Below are positions 46,580 to 59,313 of a stretch of DNA of 64,000 bases, piece after piece. The notes below the pieces were generated by a model. That model saw nothing but the letters and a program-made list of their open reading frames with translations, was not told the DNA's origin and did no database searches. The translations under genes and the position numbers were made by a program. Source of the stretch: Salisapilia sapeloensis CBS 127946 (lineage: Eukaryota; Protista; Oomycota); the NCBI GenBank assembly GCA_023334545.1, contig JAADVB010000002.1, forward strand, positions 62,001-126,000, read 5' to 3'. The stretch's first letter is position 1. Each line of letters begins with the position of its first letter.

Positions 46580-48518
46580 TCATTTGCGACTGCCCTTTGG
46601 TGTCGACAGCTTACCTACAAGTAGAGATATGAAGTTAGCATGAATGCCATAAATATAAATCATAGATGGAAATGTACTAATCAAGCGACGCGCATAACGA
46701 GGTAGTGCAGGTGAGAAACCGGAGACGCCTTCTCCAACACTTGGCTGTGGTGCGTGATAGACAAAGTGTTGGGAGACCCATGCGAAGGCGACGATGTTGA
46801 CGAACACTAGGAACGCGACGACGTAGTAAATGTACTCGAGATGTCCCTCGTTTAAATCCGTCGTGATCCAGAAGGAAAAGATGCTGTTGAGGCCACCAGC
46901 AACGATGTATCCTAGCGTCGTCGTTAGCAAATTGAGTGCTTGACACACACTACGCATGGACTCTGGTACTTCGGAATAGAACAGATCGTACGATGAGATG
47001 CTAACAAGGATCTCAGATAAGCCGATGGCGAAGAACTGAGGGGATTGCCACCAGATACTAACAGTGGACATCGGTAGCATCTCTCCTTCACTCGAACAGT
47101 TCGAAGCGATGCCATCGATCATATCATTCTGCTTTCGCCACTGTTCTAACCAAGCAGCGAGCATCATGGATAAGAAAGCAAAGCACAGTCCAGCGCCAAT
47201 CTTTCGTAAAATCGTTGGCGCAATACCGAAAGCACGGATTGTCGGGTAGATGATGCGATCAAAGATCGGAATGAAGACGAGTATCACGGATGAATCAAAG
47301 ACACTGAGCATCGCGGATGAGATCATGTACGGATGATCCGGATCGTTATTCAAGCGTAGATCCATCTGACATCCTTGCAGGATGAAGTTGGTCTGTTGCT
47401 GGCCGTACACGGTCCAGAAGATGACGAGCATACTCATAAATGGTGATAGTCGAATCACCTGTATCACGTCTTTCACTTCTTCAGGAGTGTAGCTACCTCC
47501 ATTCGGCTGAGAGGCGAAACGAACCCAGTTCGTGTGGCTACCCATGACGATGAGCACGAAAGCACCGTAGACAACACACGCAGCACCGCATAGTGCAATC
47601 ATCATGTGGATACGGTGATTCAGGATGAAGTAGGAAGCCGTAGTAAACAAGATACCAGGGATGAATGCGAACCAGCCACTTAGCACGAACTTGCCATGAG
47701 ACGAATGCGTTCCAGCCTCGAGTAAAATACCAAAGAATCGACTGAGTGCACTGTTCTTTGGTGGCACTTGGCGATATCGACTTTTGCCACCGAGAAACAA
47801 TGAAAAGGCACACATGAAGGCAATAGTAGGGATCAAGAAGGACAGGAAGAAGCCGTAGTTGTACTCGACGTAAGGAGGGATGCCGTTGACAGCAATGTTG
47901 GTGAGAACAGCGTAGCTGAACGTTGCCCCGATATTGACGGACCAGTAGAACCAGTTGAAGAAACTGTCTTTCTCCGCTCGTTGACTTGGGTCTGAGATGT
48001 CGAATTGATCCGCACCAAGTACCACGACGTTTGGTTTGATGCCTCCAGCACCGAGTGCGACAAAGCCAAAGAGTCCAAGCATGAAGAGAGGCAATGACAT
48101 GACTTGAGGCAAGGATGCAATGACACATAGAGTAAGACCGAAAAGATAGACACAGCAGAAGCGAACAATAGTCGTGAATCGACCGAGGTGTCGGTCCGCG
48201 ACGTATGCCCCAATAAGAGGCGTGAGGTAGGAAAGCGACGTAAAGGTACTGTTCATCTCCGTGGCAAGCACACTGGACAGACCTAGATGTTTATGAAAAA
48301 AAATCGGGAGCGATCCAGACAGTCCGTAGTAAGCTAGACGTTCGCATAGCTACACGAAGGGATATGTAAAAGCATCGAAAGTGATTCGGATAGAGTCGTA
48401 CCTCCGTGACGAGGATAAAGGAGCAAACGCTGACAATGATAGACTTGTAGCGTCGCTCAGATGATGGTGGATCGGACTGCTTCTGAGGCAATAGCCTCGT
48501 GGTCTCTTCGGACGGCAT
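46580..48518 (-). CDS. Proton-dependent oligopeptide transporter (PTR/POT family)
   Basis: E-(intron)-LCERLAYYG motif, GAYVADRHLGRF, GAGGIKPNVVVLGADQF, FFNWFYWSVNIGA and FYSEVPESMRS; probable 63-nt in-frame intron at 46615..46677. Confidence 0.95.
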
Positions 48519-49498
48519 CGTCGGCAAAGCGGAACTTCAGGTTGTGTGCACATCCCGAACGACTTGAAATTTGTATCGAAGTGTGCAATAGAACCCTAAT
48601 CTCCGACAAAGGGACTGATAACGCCGAGCTGCTGTGATATCCGGAATTGCTGGCGGGCGTGAAAGGTATGCTGCGACGCCGCTGGGTCATGAGGATTTTT
48701 ATTTTTTATTTCGTTCTCTTACTGAACCTTGTAGTGGACTAGTAGGGTTTGTATGATATTGCTGGAAGGATTGTTTGGTTGATTACCATATCGTGGACTT
48801 GATGATGTTAAAGCAGAAGACTTCGCAGTGAACTGATAATGTATGACTGTCATGACGCTTCAGTGATCTGGAGCAATAAAATGACATATCTGATGAAAGT
48901 AGCAGCGTTGAAAGAATCCATCGCCACTTTTTGATAGAATATAAAGCATCGGACACTTTGATAAGCGTTGTAAGTCTTGTCCTTCTGTTTTTCATTCATG
49001 TCATCAGCAAAACAAAGCTTATCTGGCTCATGGGTAAGAAACATGATACGATCAAGTAGATGCCCACGTATACTGCTGCTGATGGAAAAATCCTATGACT
49101 CACGATGAGGCTCTAATGGTTTATAAAAGCAACAAGTACTTGTGACTAAAGTCCTCTATCTGTGGATGAATATGGTGAACATAGATGGATACAGACATCA
49201 TATTAATCAGATTTGGTCACCTGTATCAAATGAAGTCCATCTTGTCCATACGTCTACACTCATACGAGCTATCTAATGATTTTGCTGTGACATGGTCACC
49301 TGCATTTGCCCATGTCCGCGTAGACCGAGGTCTTGTAAAGCTCTGTCGTACGGAAGCGGAAGTTCATTGCACAAAGTGGAACTCGTGAAACGAATAAAGA
49401 AATGTAATTCACATGTTTTTAGAGCGCCAGCAAGTTACTGAATCATGAATAAGGTGTCTTGCTCCTGATTATTTGCCGTATCTCGTCCTATAGCATTA

Positions 49499-50375
49499 TC
49501 AATCGTTGTTTTGTGAGATCACGACGCTTCCTTTCTGTAGCAGCTCAATATCCTTTTCTAACTGCGTCAGCTCCTTTTCCAAAGTTTCTTTTCTTCGAAC
49601 TTTACCAAGCGTGTCAAAGACAACATTGTGACAAAGCTTTTGATATTTGGCATTCACATGATCCCATTTCGCCTTGAGCGCATTCACGAGCTGTTGTCTT
49701 TCGTCTTCGTCCATCGGCAGTTCTCGCCCGTTCTCATCTTCCATGATGTTTCGGTTGTAACGCACGAACTCTTCGATTAGTTCATTCTCGCGTTCGATTT
49801 CATCCTTCACTTGGGACAAGTAGTTTGGAACTTGTCCATAATCTTCTTTTTGTAGATATTGTACAGGCTCTTGTTTCGCACGAGCTCGGTGTCCAGGTAC
49901 AGCTAAGATTGCTTCGACAGCATTTGAAGTAATATAATTCTTGGATGACTTTAGACCCATGATAGGCTTGTCATCGCGCTTCACCACAGGCGGTCGGTAT
50001 TCGCCCTTATAGGTGAACTTGCTCGCTATAGCCAAACAGAGTTATGAGCCGTTTCCAATTTCTACGACTACATCTGAATGTGTACGTACGCTTTTTTTCC
50101 GCATGCACGTTGTTCTTGCTCTTTTCGCCTTTCTTGAGGTACTGCTTAGCATCAGGCTTAGCTTGAAGGCGACCAAAACCTCGTGCGCTCGATGGTTTGT
50201 CCGGTGCTTGAGTTTCTCCAAGATTTGCTCCTGGAAGCCGCGACTTTCCAGCTAATCCAAAGGTAGACCCCGTTGGTTTTGTGCTTGGATCATGCTTCGA
50301 GCGATATCGTGGAGGTTTTTCATGGCGTATCTCCACACGAGGAATGAGGTTGTAGATACACTCTTCACGCTGCAT
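49499..50375 (-). CDS. ENKUR: Enkurin (flagellar microtubule inner protein), 2 exons
   Basis: ECIYNLIP..KPPRYRSKH, KNYITSNAVEAIL, KEDYGQVPNYL, LKAKWDHVNAKYQKL and RRKETLEKELTQLEKDI. Confidence 0.92.
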
Positions 50376-52539
50376 TGGAAATGTATGGAGGACGTAAAAT
50401 TTTGACTAGCAATGGAGAGCTTAAGGTTTGAGCAACTTGGAGCGTGAACACAAGCAGTCTCTTCTTCTAATGAACATGTAAGAGCCTGAAACGGGTATGC
50501 TAAGAATAGGAAATTTGCTGCAAATAACTGTACTCAAGGGGAAGTAAAAAGACCCGTACTAGATACTAGATAGAATATTCACTACCAGAGCAAAGATGCT
50601 ACACTGAGAGTATTCCAGCGTTCATAAAAGCTTCGCATGCAACCACTCATTGTTGTCTTTGAGCGTTCTAGGAATGCGTAGCTTTCGGTCGATACTATAG
50701 TAATCGAAATTGACTTTAGTAGAATACAGGATACAGGGATAATATTTGTTAGCTTATCGTCCGTTGTCCCTCACGTAGGACTTTACTAAACGTCTCTGCT
50801 AATGGTATCCATCGAATACAGCGACCAGTACAATCTTTAGAAAATACCAGTACCGTTGTTAATTAGTGTTAATAAAGGAGCTACTATTGGAAAAACTAAA
50901 GGCTTAGCCTAAGCTTTAAGAGCACAAGCGCAGTCTTATATATCACTATTGGCGCTAAGAAAGTCTCAGTGATCACTGTGATTTTTTCGCAGCGACCACC
51001 AATTTGTCATCATACCCTAGGTTTCCATGAGTATTATCACAGTTGTACATGCCCTAATCCTGAGCTTGATCACTACTGTTGAAGGAAGAGACATCAATGC
51101 CTTTCTTGACCCCAAAGGCACTCGCTTGCAATGCTAAACCTGCTGACTTGACCATGAGGCCGTGTTTCGGTTTAAAACCGCTTCAGCAGCATTGGGGATT
51201 CGCATTTTTAATTCGGTTCGTGGTAGTCGGATTGGGCAATTCCGGCTTTGATTGGGATAGCCGATTCTGCTTTGACACCTGCCATTGGAAAACTAACTAA
51301 AGATTTCAATATGGCTTTCCCGCCAAACTAGGAATACAAAGGCAAAACACCAGTGGTGCCAATGTGAATGCCACTTATATACTTGGTCTCTCTCTGTCTT
51401 CGCTTTGATGCAATCTTCAAAAAACGATTTTCGAGAAGGCTTCCAGTCATGCCTGGTGCTTGAGATGTGCAAATTTGAAAAAGCGCGCGAAAGACTCAGT
51501 GAGCTCTTCGCTTTACTTGCGCTAGTTAGTTCTTCGCTATTATTTCGGAACAGGCAGAATACAGTTATGGACGAGATAATTGAGCGATATTCGCGACTCG
51601 CACTGTACTATGTCCAATTGAAATGGCGAAGAGTTCAATGTTGCAAATAAATCGAACGAAACTTCAACCTGAAGGGCTTCGAGGATACACCACGATACAC
51701 TCGGCACTAGTCCCGCTAAAGCATGGAAGAGGAACAGACGATAAACGTGGATAGGAATGGAAAGGTGGATAGCGATGTAAGCATAGGACGAACCGCCAAA
51801 GATGCAGGCATTGATTCTTATTAATATTCAATTATGTTTGTTCACATAACGTTTACTATGCCTTGAATAATGTCCGATTAGCTGCCTAACAAACACGGCG
51901 TTATTGATGCAATTCTTTTGTAAAGCTTGGTTTTAAATCGTGTGATTTCTTGGGCAACCGATCATATGAAGGTCGCAGGCATGCCGTTACAATCCATTCA
52001 TCCATCCTGCAATAAAGCTACCAATCTGTCTTCATCATCGCAAATGTAGATCGATCGACTGTCATTGCAATGTTCATGCCCGTAAAAGATAAAGCTATTA
52101 TTTTTCACTCTTATAAATCTACATTTATATGCAGTTAGATACAACTTGTACTACAGACGAGTTTGTCTGTATCGACGGGAGTATCGAACTTGTGATAGCG
52201 AAGTTTGTTTGCTTAGCCTAAAGATTTATAAGAGCTTTGTGCGAATCAGACAAGTATCTTTGAAGTAATCTCAGTTGTAGTTGCTTTCGTCCTAAACCTT
52301 GCTTCTGACATAAACACAAAGTATATTACAATAGAAAAGACTTTTTCCCTCATACATACATCAACTTTGTAACCATATACATATTCATCGATTGCATTTA
52401 CATCGAATCCATTATACCCGTTAATATTCTAGGATCATTGCCCCTTTATGTTTCTGCTACTTCAATGTTGAAGTAGAGGGAGGTTGCACGAATGTACGGC
52501 GCAAGCAAATCTGATGCACATCATTAACAGATCCTCACG

Positions 52540-54069
52540 ATGCACGCGACCGCATCGTGCTTCCTCCTTCTTTCATTGCTTGTGGCAGTTCAAGCAAACT
52601 CTTTTAATCGCCTCCAACGATTTCGTGGCCATAACTTTCACTTGCAATGGATGACATTGGATGAAGAAGTACGTCCAGCCCCAGAGTACCCCACCGTGCA
52701 GGAATATTATCTCGATTTGGCAATCCAAGACCATTTCGCTCCTCTCTACAACCGCAAGTATTGGCGTCAAAGGTACTTTGTCAATGAAGAGTTCTGGGGT
52801 GGCCAAGATTACCCTGTCTTCCTCTACATTGGCGGTGAAGGACCTCTTTCGGAACGAGTTCTGACGAATCGTTCCTACAGCTACACCCTTGCTAAAGAAC
52901 ATAAAGCTCTTCTCGTGGCTCTAGAGCATAGGTACTATGGAAAGTCATATCCTACATCAAATATGAGCATCGAAAACCTTCGATTCCTATCGAGTGAGCA
53001 GGCTCTTGCTGACATCGCTCACTTCCATTCGTTCATTCAAAGTCGATATGGTCTTCCAGACAATGCCAAGTGGGTAGGCTTTGGTGGAAGCTACCCTGGT
53101 AATCTAGCTGCATGGGTCAAGCTTAAGTACCCGTCATTATTCACCGGCACAGTGGCTAGTTCAGCCCCTATTCGTGCTGAAGTAGACTTTAAAGAGTACA
53201 TGGAAGTAGTTGGCGATAGCCTTCGATACTTTGGTGGAGGCAGATGCTACCATCGTGTCGAACAGTCCGTTAAAGCTGTCCAAAAGTTGTTGGATGGAGG
53301 ACGTGAAGAGCGAAAGATGCTGTCGAACATGTTTAAACCGTGCTATCCCATGACAAACGGTTTCGACGAGTCCGTCTTTACGTCTTCCATCATGAGTGCC
53401 TTCCAAGGCATCACACAGTACAATGGTCTTCATGAAAATACAACGACGCTAAATGAAGTCTGCAATCACTTTGCAGACATGTCGAAAACGCCACTGGAAT
53501 TGCTCGCATCCTTCATGGAAGAAGAGAACGACGGACCTTGCATTGACTCCAAGTTCGAAGGCGAAGCGAATGCTACTATCGATGTACTTCGTCAAGACCA
53601 ATTCGATGGGAAATCGAGTATGCGACAATGGTTGTTTCAATCATGCAATGAGTTTGGCTACTTTCAAACGACTACAAGTGCTCATTCCCCCTTTGCATCC
53701 TTCCGGTCGATTACGGAACAGAACGCTGGTGCGGAGATCTGTAAACGCGTGTTTAACATCCAACAGGATCCAGACACAAAAGGAACGAACATTGAATACG
53801 GTGGCCTTGGCATCACCGTGGAGAATGTAACTTTCCCAAGTGGTACCATCGATCCGTGGCATGCACTAGCAGTACAGAATTCGACGTACATGCACACAGC
53901 GTCTGCGAAACCAGTCTATATTGAAGGAACGGCCCATTGCGCTGACATGTACGGACCGAAAGAGAGTGACTCGCCGAGCATCCAATGGGCGCATCAACAG
54001 ATTGCCGAGTCGGTTGCCTACTACGTATCAGACGCCACGCCAACGTACTCTACGTTCGCACTGGAATGA
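52540..54069 (+). CDS. Secreted serine carboxypeptidase, family S28
   Basis: Signal peptide; LYIGGEG, LEHRYYGKS, SSEQALAD, catalytic GGSYPG, GTIDPWH and AHCADM; single exon. Confidence 0.96.
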   Translation: MHATASCFLLLSLLVAVQANSFNRLQRFRGHNFHLQWMTLDEEVRPAPEYPTVQEYYLDLAIQDHFAPLYNRKYWRQRYFVNEEFWGGQDYPVFLYIGGEGPLSERVLTNRSYSYTLAKEHKALLVALEHRYYGKSYPTSNMSIENLRFLSSEQALADIAHFHSFIQSRYGLPDNAKWVGFGGSYPGNLAAWVKLKYPSLFTGTVASSAPIRAEVDFKEYMEVVGDSLRYFGGGRCYHRVEQSVKAVQKLLDGGREERKMLSNMFKPCYPMTNGFDESVFTSSIMSAFQGITQYNGLHENTTTLNEVCNHFADMSKTPLELLASFMEEENDGPCIDSKFEGEANATIDVLRQDQFDGKSSMRQWLFQSCNEFGYFQTTTSAHSPFASFRSITEQNAGAEICKRVFNIQQDPDTKGTNIEYGGLGITVENVTFPSGTIDPWHALAVQNSTYMHTASAKPVYIEGTAHCADMYGPKESDSPSIQWAHQQIAESVAYYVSDATPTYSTFALE

Positions 54070-54123
54070 GTAGCATGATGGTGGATATGATAGAACATGT
54101 TCTAAGATTTCAACACCATTTCA

Positions 54124-55099
54124 TTATTCTTTGTTCTTGTATGGAGGGAAACCTTGTATGGCCGTGAGAATGCGTTCTGTCGTCGATTCAGGATCTTCCA
54201 TGACCATCAAGTGACCACCCCCAGGCACGATGTCACCAACGACGTATTTGTCTGGCCATTGCGACTGGAAGTTTTCGAAAACGGACTTTTGATAAAGACG
54301 GGAGCGTTCACCGCCGTGGAGAACGATCAAGCACTTGACACCGGCTAACTCTTCATCCGTCAGGTCTACGTGTTTAGAGCAATAGCTAGCAGCTTCAGCA
54401 TGAGGATGAAGCGCTAGCATGACAGTCGTATCCGTCGGATCTTCATTTGCCTTCACAAGACCTCCTCTCACGAATCCATTGATTGCTTCTTTATCCCATC
54501 GACGGAAGCCTTTAAAATTATCAAAGTAATCTTCTGCAGCCTCACGAGTCGGCCTAAGCAGGAATACATGAGTGTGTCTTGGAAGATAAATACGATCGAA
54601 TGACATACCATGTGAACTGACGGGAGAGAGCTATAGGCACGTAAGAGTCGGCCGTCGCTTCGTTAATGGCTTTATCTCTGGACGTCATAGGTTCGAAGAG
54701 TGCTAAGCCAGTAAAGGTGCCTGGGTGCTTGGCCTCACAGATCCAAAGAATGGCAGCACCGAGAGAGTGACCGATGCCAATGATCGGACGACGTGGCTTG
54801 CCGGCTGCGTCGTCTTCTTTCCATACTTTCTGGACAGTGGAATAGATCTCTTCTGGACCCCACTCATTGTATTTGCGCAGCGGATGATCCACACGAGGAT
54901 GCTGTGGATCATCTAAGTATAACTCCGCGCCGATGGAGTGATCACTTTTGCTGCCGTGATAGGGGCATGTAAACCGCACGACGTCGACCTTCTTTTGCTG
55001 CAGGAAAGGGGAGTCTCGTAGACGATGCACGATGGGATCCCAGATTTCGGGGCAGTAACTGCTAGCATGAGCGAGGAGGAGCGTCACACGATCCGACAT
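54124..55099 (-). CDS. Alpha/beta hydrolase (2 exons)
   Basis: LLLAHASSY, nucleophile elbow GIGHSLGA, LALFEP and GGHLMVMEDP. Confidence 0.9.
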
Positions 55100-55899
55100 G
55101 ATTTCTGACAATGGTCCAAATCTTATTCACGGAAGCTGTTCCGATGATGTACCATTAAATAGTATCTCGGCATTCTATCTGAAGCACGAGGTCTAGCACA
55201 CGCTAGCGATACCCATCTAGTCGAATGGCTTTGTTTGATTCCAGTAGCCCATTCACAGGTTTGCGGAATGGTTTAGGACATCGGAAGTGGGCCCCAAAGA
55301 TAGCTCCAAATTATTATATATGCATATATACAGCAGCACTACCTGATGAAGATACGTCTGAGGACTGTTGATGAGTAAAATGCTGCGATAGTAGTGTACG
55401 GCTTGCTCAAGACACCGGCTTTGAGCAGGTTGTGGTGGCTTCGAATTCATGTCGTTACTTTTCGACTATGGCATTGCCTCTTTTGTATTTAACACTGATA
55501 TTGTTCACGCTTGCAAATTACTCAAGTTGTGTCTAAAGGTAGCTTAGAACGGATCACATTTTAAAGGGCAGTTAGTGAGGTATCAAATGCTTGTTTTTAT
55601 TGAATAAGAACGAAGAAATGAGCAGCTAATATCGCACATCAAGCGCTTTGCTAGGATTGACAGGTAGTGATGAACCGTGCTTGGATTGGGACTGCCTAGT
55701 TGCTGAAACCCAAATGCAGCCTATCTTATTTTAATTCTTCTGATATAAGTAAGGGCGTGCCTACTGTTTGGATCTAACGAAGAATCGAATGATCACTTTC
55801 AGCTCCAAGCAAATCCCTCGAACTTCCGTCAAGGTAACCGATACCAGACTGAAGTTATAGCTAGGAGACACATTCAATCCTGTGTTTCTATATCGCAGA

Positions 55900-57690
55900 A
55901 GCATGCCATAAAATGTTCATTGTATTCATGCTCGGACCAAGTTTCTCCAACTTGTCGTCTCGAACACTTTCGTCCAAGTTACCAGACCTACCAGCTGTTT
56001 GGACGACGGAGCTATCTTTCACTAGTATGCACTTTTCACCACGCAATTCATCTTCGATAGCGAGTATGACGTTGCTGGTCGGGCGAATGCGTCCATCTGC
56101 ACTTAGCAGTCAATCAAAAGCATGCTTTTCGTCAAATTTTCCCACTTCACTGTACCCAATACTGCCCTTGGAACTAGTTGAAAAGCTTAACGCTGGCCAA
56201 CGACGTCATTATCTTCTCGTATGTGCCATGCAGGAATTTTACCAGCGCAAAAACCATTTTGCTCTCCTACTACCATTTGTCATTCCATCTTATCAGTCTC
56301 AGACGTATCCAAAGGACAAACAGAGAATGATAGCGATAAACTGTATCAACCTCGGCCGGAGGAACTGCGAAGCATAAAACTCGGCTTGCATATACATCTT
56401 ACCATGAGCAATTCCTCTGGCCTCAGCCTCGACCATTTTGTCGTCCGAGGGCTTGCCAAGATCGGATTTCCAGTTACTAACTGGAAAAACTAATACTTTG
56501 AAGCGGTGGAGCTGGCACCACTGGAAGCCTATCGTACTCTATACGGAGACTGCCTCGTTTCACAGTTGTTCAGTGTGCCATACGGGCACTCGGCGTGGCC
56601 GCGACAGACTTGGGGTCTCAGACTTACCCGACTTGCTCGTAAATTTCTATACGAAGGAAGGCTCTCGGAAACGCATCTTAGGCGGCTGGATGAAATTGGC
56701 TTTGTATGGGTTGTAAAGGAGACGACTTAGAAAAAGTTCATGATACCAGGCCTTTATCTTTATAAAAAAGTATACGGACACGCAAATGTCCCCAAGAGCT
56801 CCAACGTTTCTCGTTAAGAACCATGGCCAAACTACATGCACGACTATGCGCTCGGACAGGCGTGTAATAATGCCCGCTATGAAATGGCATACGCAGAGTC
56901 TGTGCAAGAACAGATGAAGGAGTTTAATGACCTTGGTTTTAGCTTTAATTTTCGACAAAACTGGTGGTACCAATTGATCATGCCAGCTATGCGTGCATTC
57001 TATACCAAGTATGGACATAACGACGCACCAACAGCCTTCCAAATCCCATCTCCCAGTTCAAGAAGCGATAGGTGGCCAGAAGGGACGGCTGGTTAAAGCT
57101 AGGTAGAGCGGCGCGTGAAATCCGACGAGGTGCTTATAAAGAGGTGTACAAGCACGATGAGCACGAAATCGACGGCATGCACTTCGCTTGGAACAGTTTA
57201 CATCATCTAGAAGTCATAGCATCTATTAAAGCATTGCCTACGATGAGATACTACAAGCAGCTACATGGACATGTAGCTATACTATTCAAATTTGTCGTTC
57301 CGGTTGAAGCACCTTGGCCACTAGCATCCAGAGGTTTCATTCTATGAAACTGGACTGAAAGGGTGAGAAGTGGAGAGAAGACCGTATGGGACGAAACGCG
57401 AATGGAGTTGGATCAACTGGGCTTTCGATAGAACATACAAGTCTCAAGATACAAATAGATCGTTCCTAAGCCTATTAGCGCATGCGGAAAAGTTCGGGTC
57501 CTGTGCGTATATGCCACAAAGGCTCGTGGTTCGATCTACGGCTTCTTTTCCAGGAAACACGTGGAAACTTCATATAGACAAGACATTATGGTTGATCCGG
57601 TTGAGCGTACAAAGGTGTTCAAATGGATGCTGATGACGAAGACAACACTTTAGAATCAATGGGTTTCAATCGATAATATACGTTTCAACA
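55900..57690 (+). pseudogene. Frameshifted helicase-associated (HA) domain repeat gene
   Basis: Repeated units such as LEAYRTLYGDCLV..W...GLRL..RRLDEIGFVW, AMRAFYTKYGHND.P..F.IP..W..KLG and MRYYKQLHGH..VP..PWP, split among frames by stops and frameshifts. Confidence 0.75.
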
Positions 57691-59313
57691 CGAAGAAGTT
57701 TTTAATAAAGTACATTTTGTTTACATGCGCAGTATCAATGATAGCAGGTGCAGTTCTGTACGAGATGAAGCGAAGGCAAAAGCATAGTATAGTTGAACAT
57801 TATTTGCATCTCTTGAAGATCGCATGAATTGGTTTTAGTCTATCGGAAGCACGCTTCTGACAACGAATTCCGATACAGTCGTTCCTCCTTATAAGTTCCT
57901 CTTTATCAGATTGAACTCTTTTGTATGACGTCCAACTTGATACACAAGTGAGTTCTTCTTAAAGTTTGTATACTATTACTCTGTAAGGCTTGCACGCATA
58001 TGAAAAAGAATTGTTGTGCACCAATTGATCTGACCCTCTTTATTTGTATATCACACATCAATCAGAGATCGGACATAATAAATTCAGACCTCTAGTTGGC
58101 GTGGATGTATCAGTTGAACTGGGTCATATCCCAATAAAGAGATGGCCTCACATGGAAAAATATACATGTTCCACTTTATTGATACAAAGTTACTCTAAAA
58201 TAAAAGATCACCTAGCGATGCTTCAACCGTTCTTGTTCTACTCTACAGCGTCCACTGCGTCTACTCTGTGCAAACAATCAACCTCACAGTGTTTTAGTCA
58301 GGGTAAGCTATTGTATCTGTATCGAAATTCCGCCTTTGCGAACCCAGACTAATTAGTGCGTAAAATCGTATTTTTAATTCAATTGCCTCTAATTAAAGCA
58401 TTATAAATTTTCTGGAGGTATTACACTAAGAGTCGCTATACTAAGATCTTGATTCCTAACTAAGAAGGGAGCTATCAATCAAGTAACCACGGTAAACTCG
58501 TTGCATGTATATTTTATTTTATCTTGACAGTCATTTCTACATAGTAATGTGACAACCTGCCAACAATCTTCTGACAACTTTAACTCGCAAGGTTTCTATT
58601 CAATTTCAATACCATGCTTCGCTACGACTATCCTGCTCTGCTCAACACTAACTTACGAGCACCAACTTAGATGCTGATCGAGCCTTAATCTGTCTTTGAA
58701 ATGAAATAAGTCGAGTTGTTGCATTGTACTTTTCCTTTTATAATACTTTGACTACTTACTCTGCAAAGGATCCTGTCGTTTAGTATACGGTATTATATAA
58801 TAATACTACACCATTTAAGTTAACGAAGGTATCGTCAAACTTGTCTTAACTGAACTCTGAGAAATAGATATCCTTTTATATCTGACATATATAGCCAATT
58901 AAACGATCTATATTGTATGCAAATTAAAGTTTAATGACACCCTAAATTTATATTATTTTTGTATGATATGTGACTTGTCTACGGGTCGTACTAGGTTGAG
59001 AAGGTCTTTGTGTATAATGGACTTTCGCACCCTTCAATAGGATGGGGGTATACAATACGGATAGGGTATATAAAACGGCAGGCCCCGTTATTATGCACTG
59101 CCTAAACATGAAGTAGCTCAAATATCCATTGGTCTCACCGAGACTAGTTGTAGTGAATTCACCAAGCTGCGGCAGACAGTGTTTAGTTTTAGTGAGACTA
59201 AACGTAGTGGAAGGTGTACTTTGCGCTGTCTGAGACGAAGCATATATACGCAATCACACCATCACTCTTACAAAACGTGATGGTCGAATTGAAAATGGAA
59301 ATGTATTCTCTAC

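Noticed and set aside
48293-48306. Homopolymer run in the PTR gene as a frameshift
   Set aside because: Eight T residues on the coding strand keep the frame (LPIFFHKHLG); the gene is intact.
50400-52500. Short ORFs 51079..51300 and 51405..51650
   Set aside because: No recognisable motifs and many stops in all frames; possibly a relic but not assignable.
57700-59300. ORFs 58044..58352 and 58948..59253, and a 7-bp hairpin at 59181..59203
   Set aside because: AT-rich sequence, no motifs, stem short enough to arise by chance; no snRNA or 5S signature recognised.
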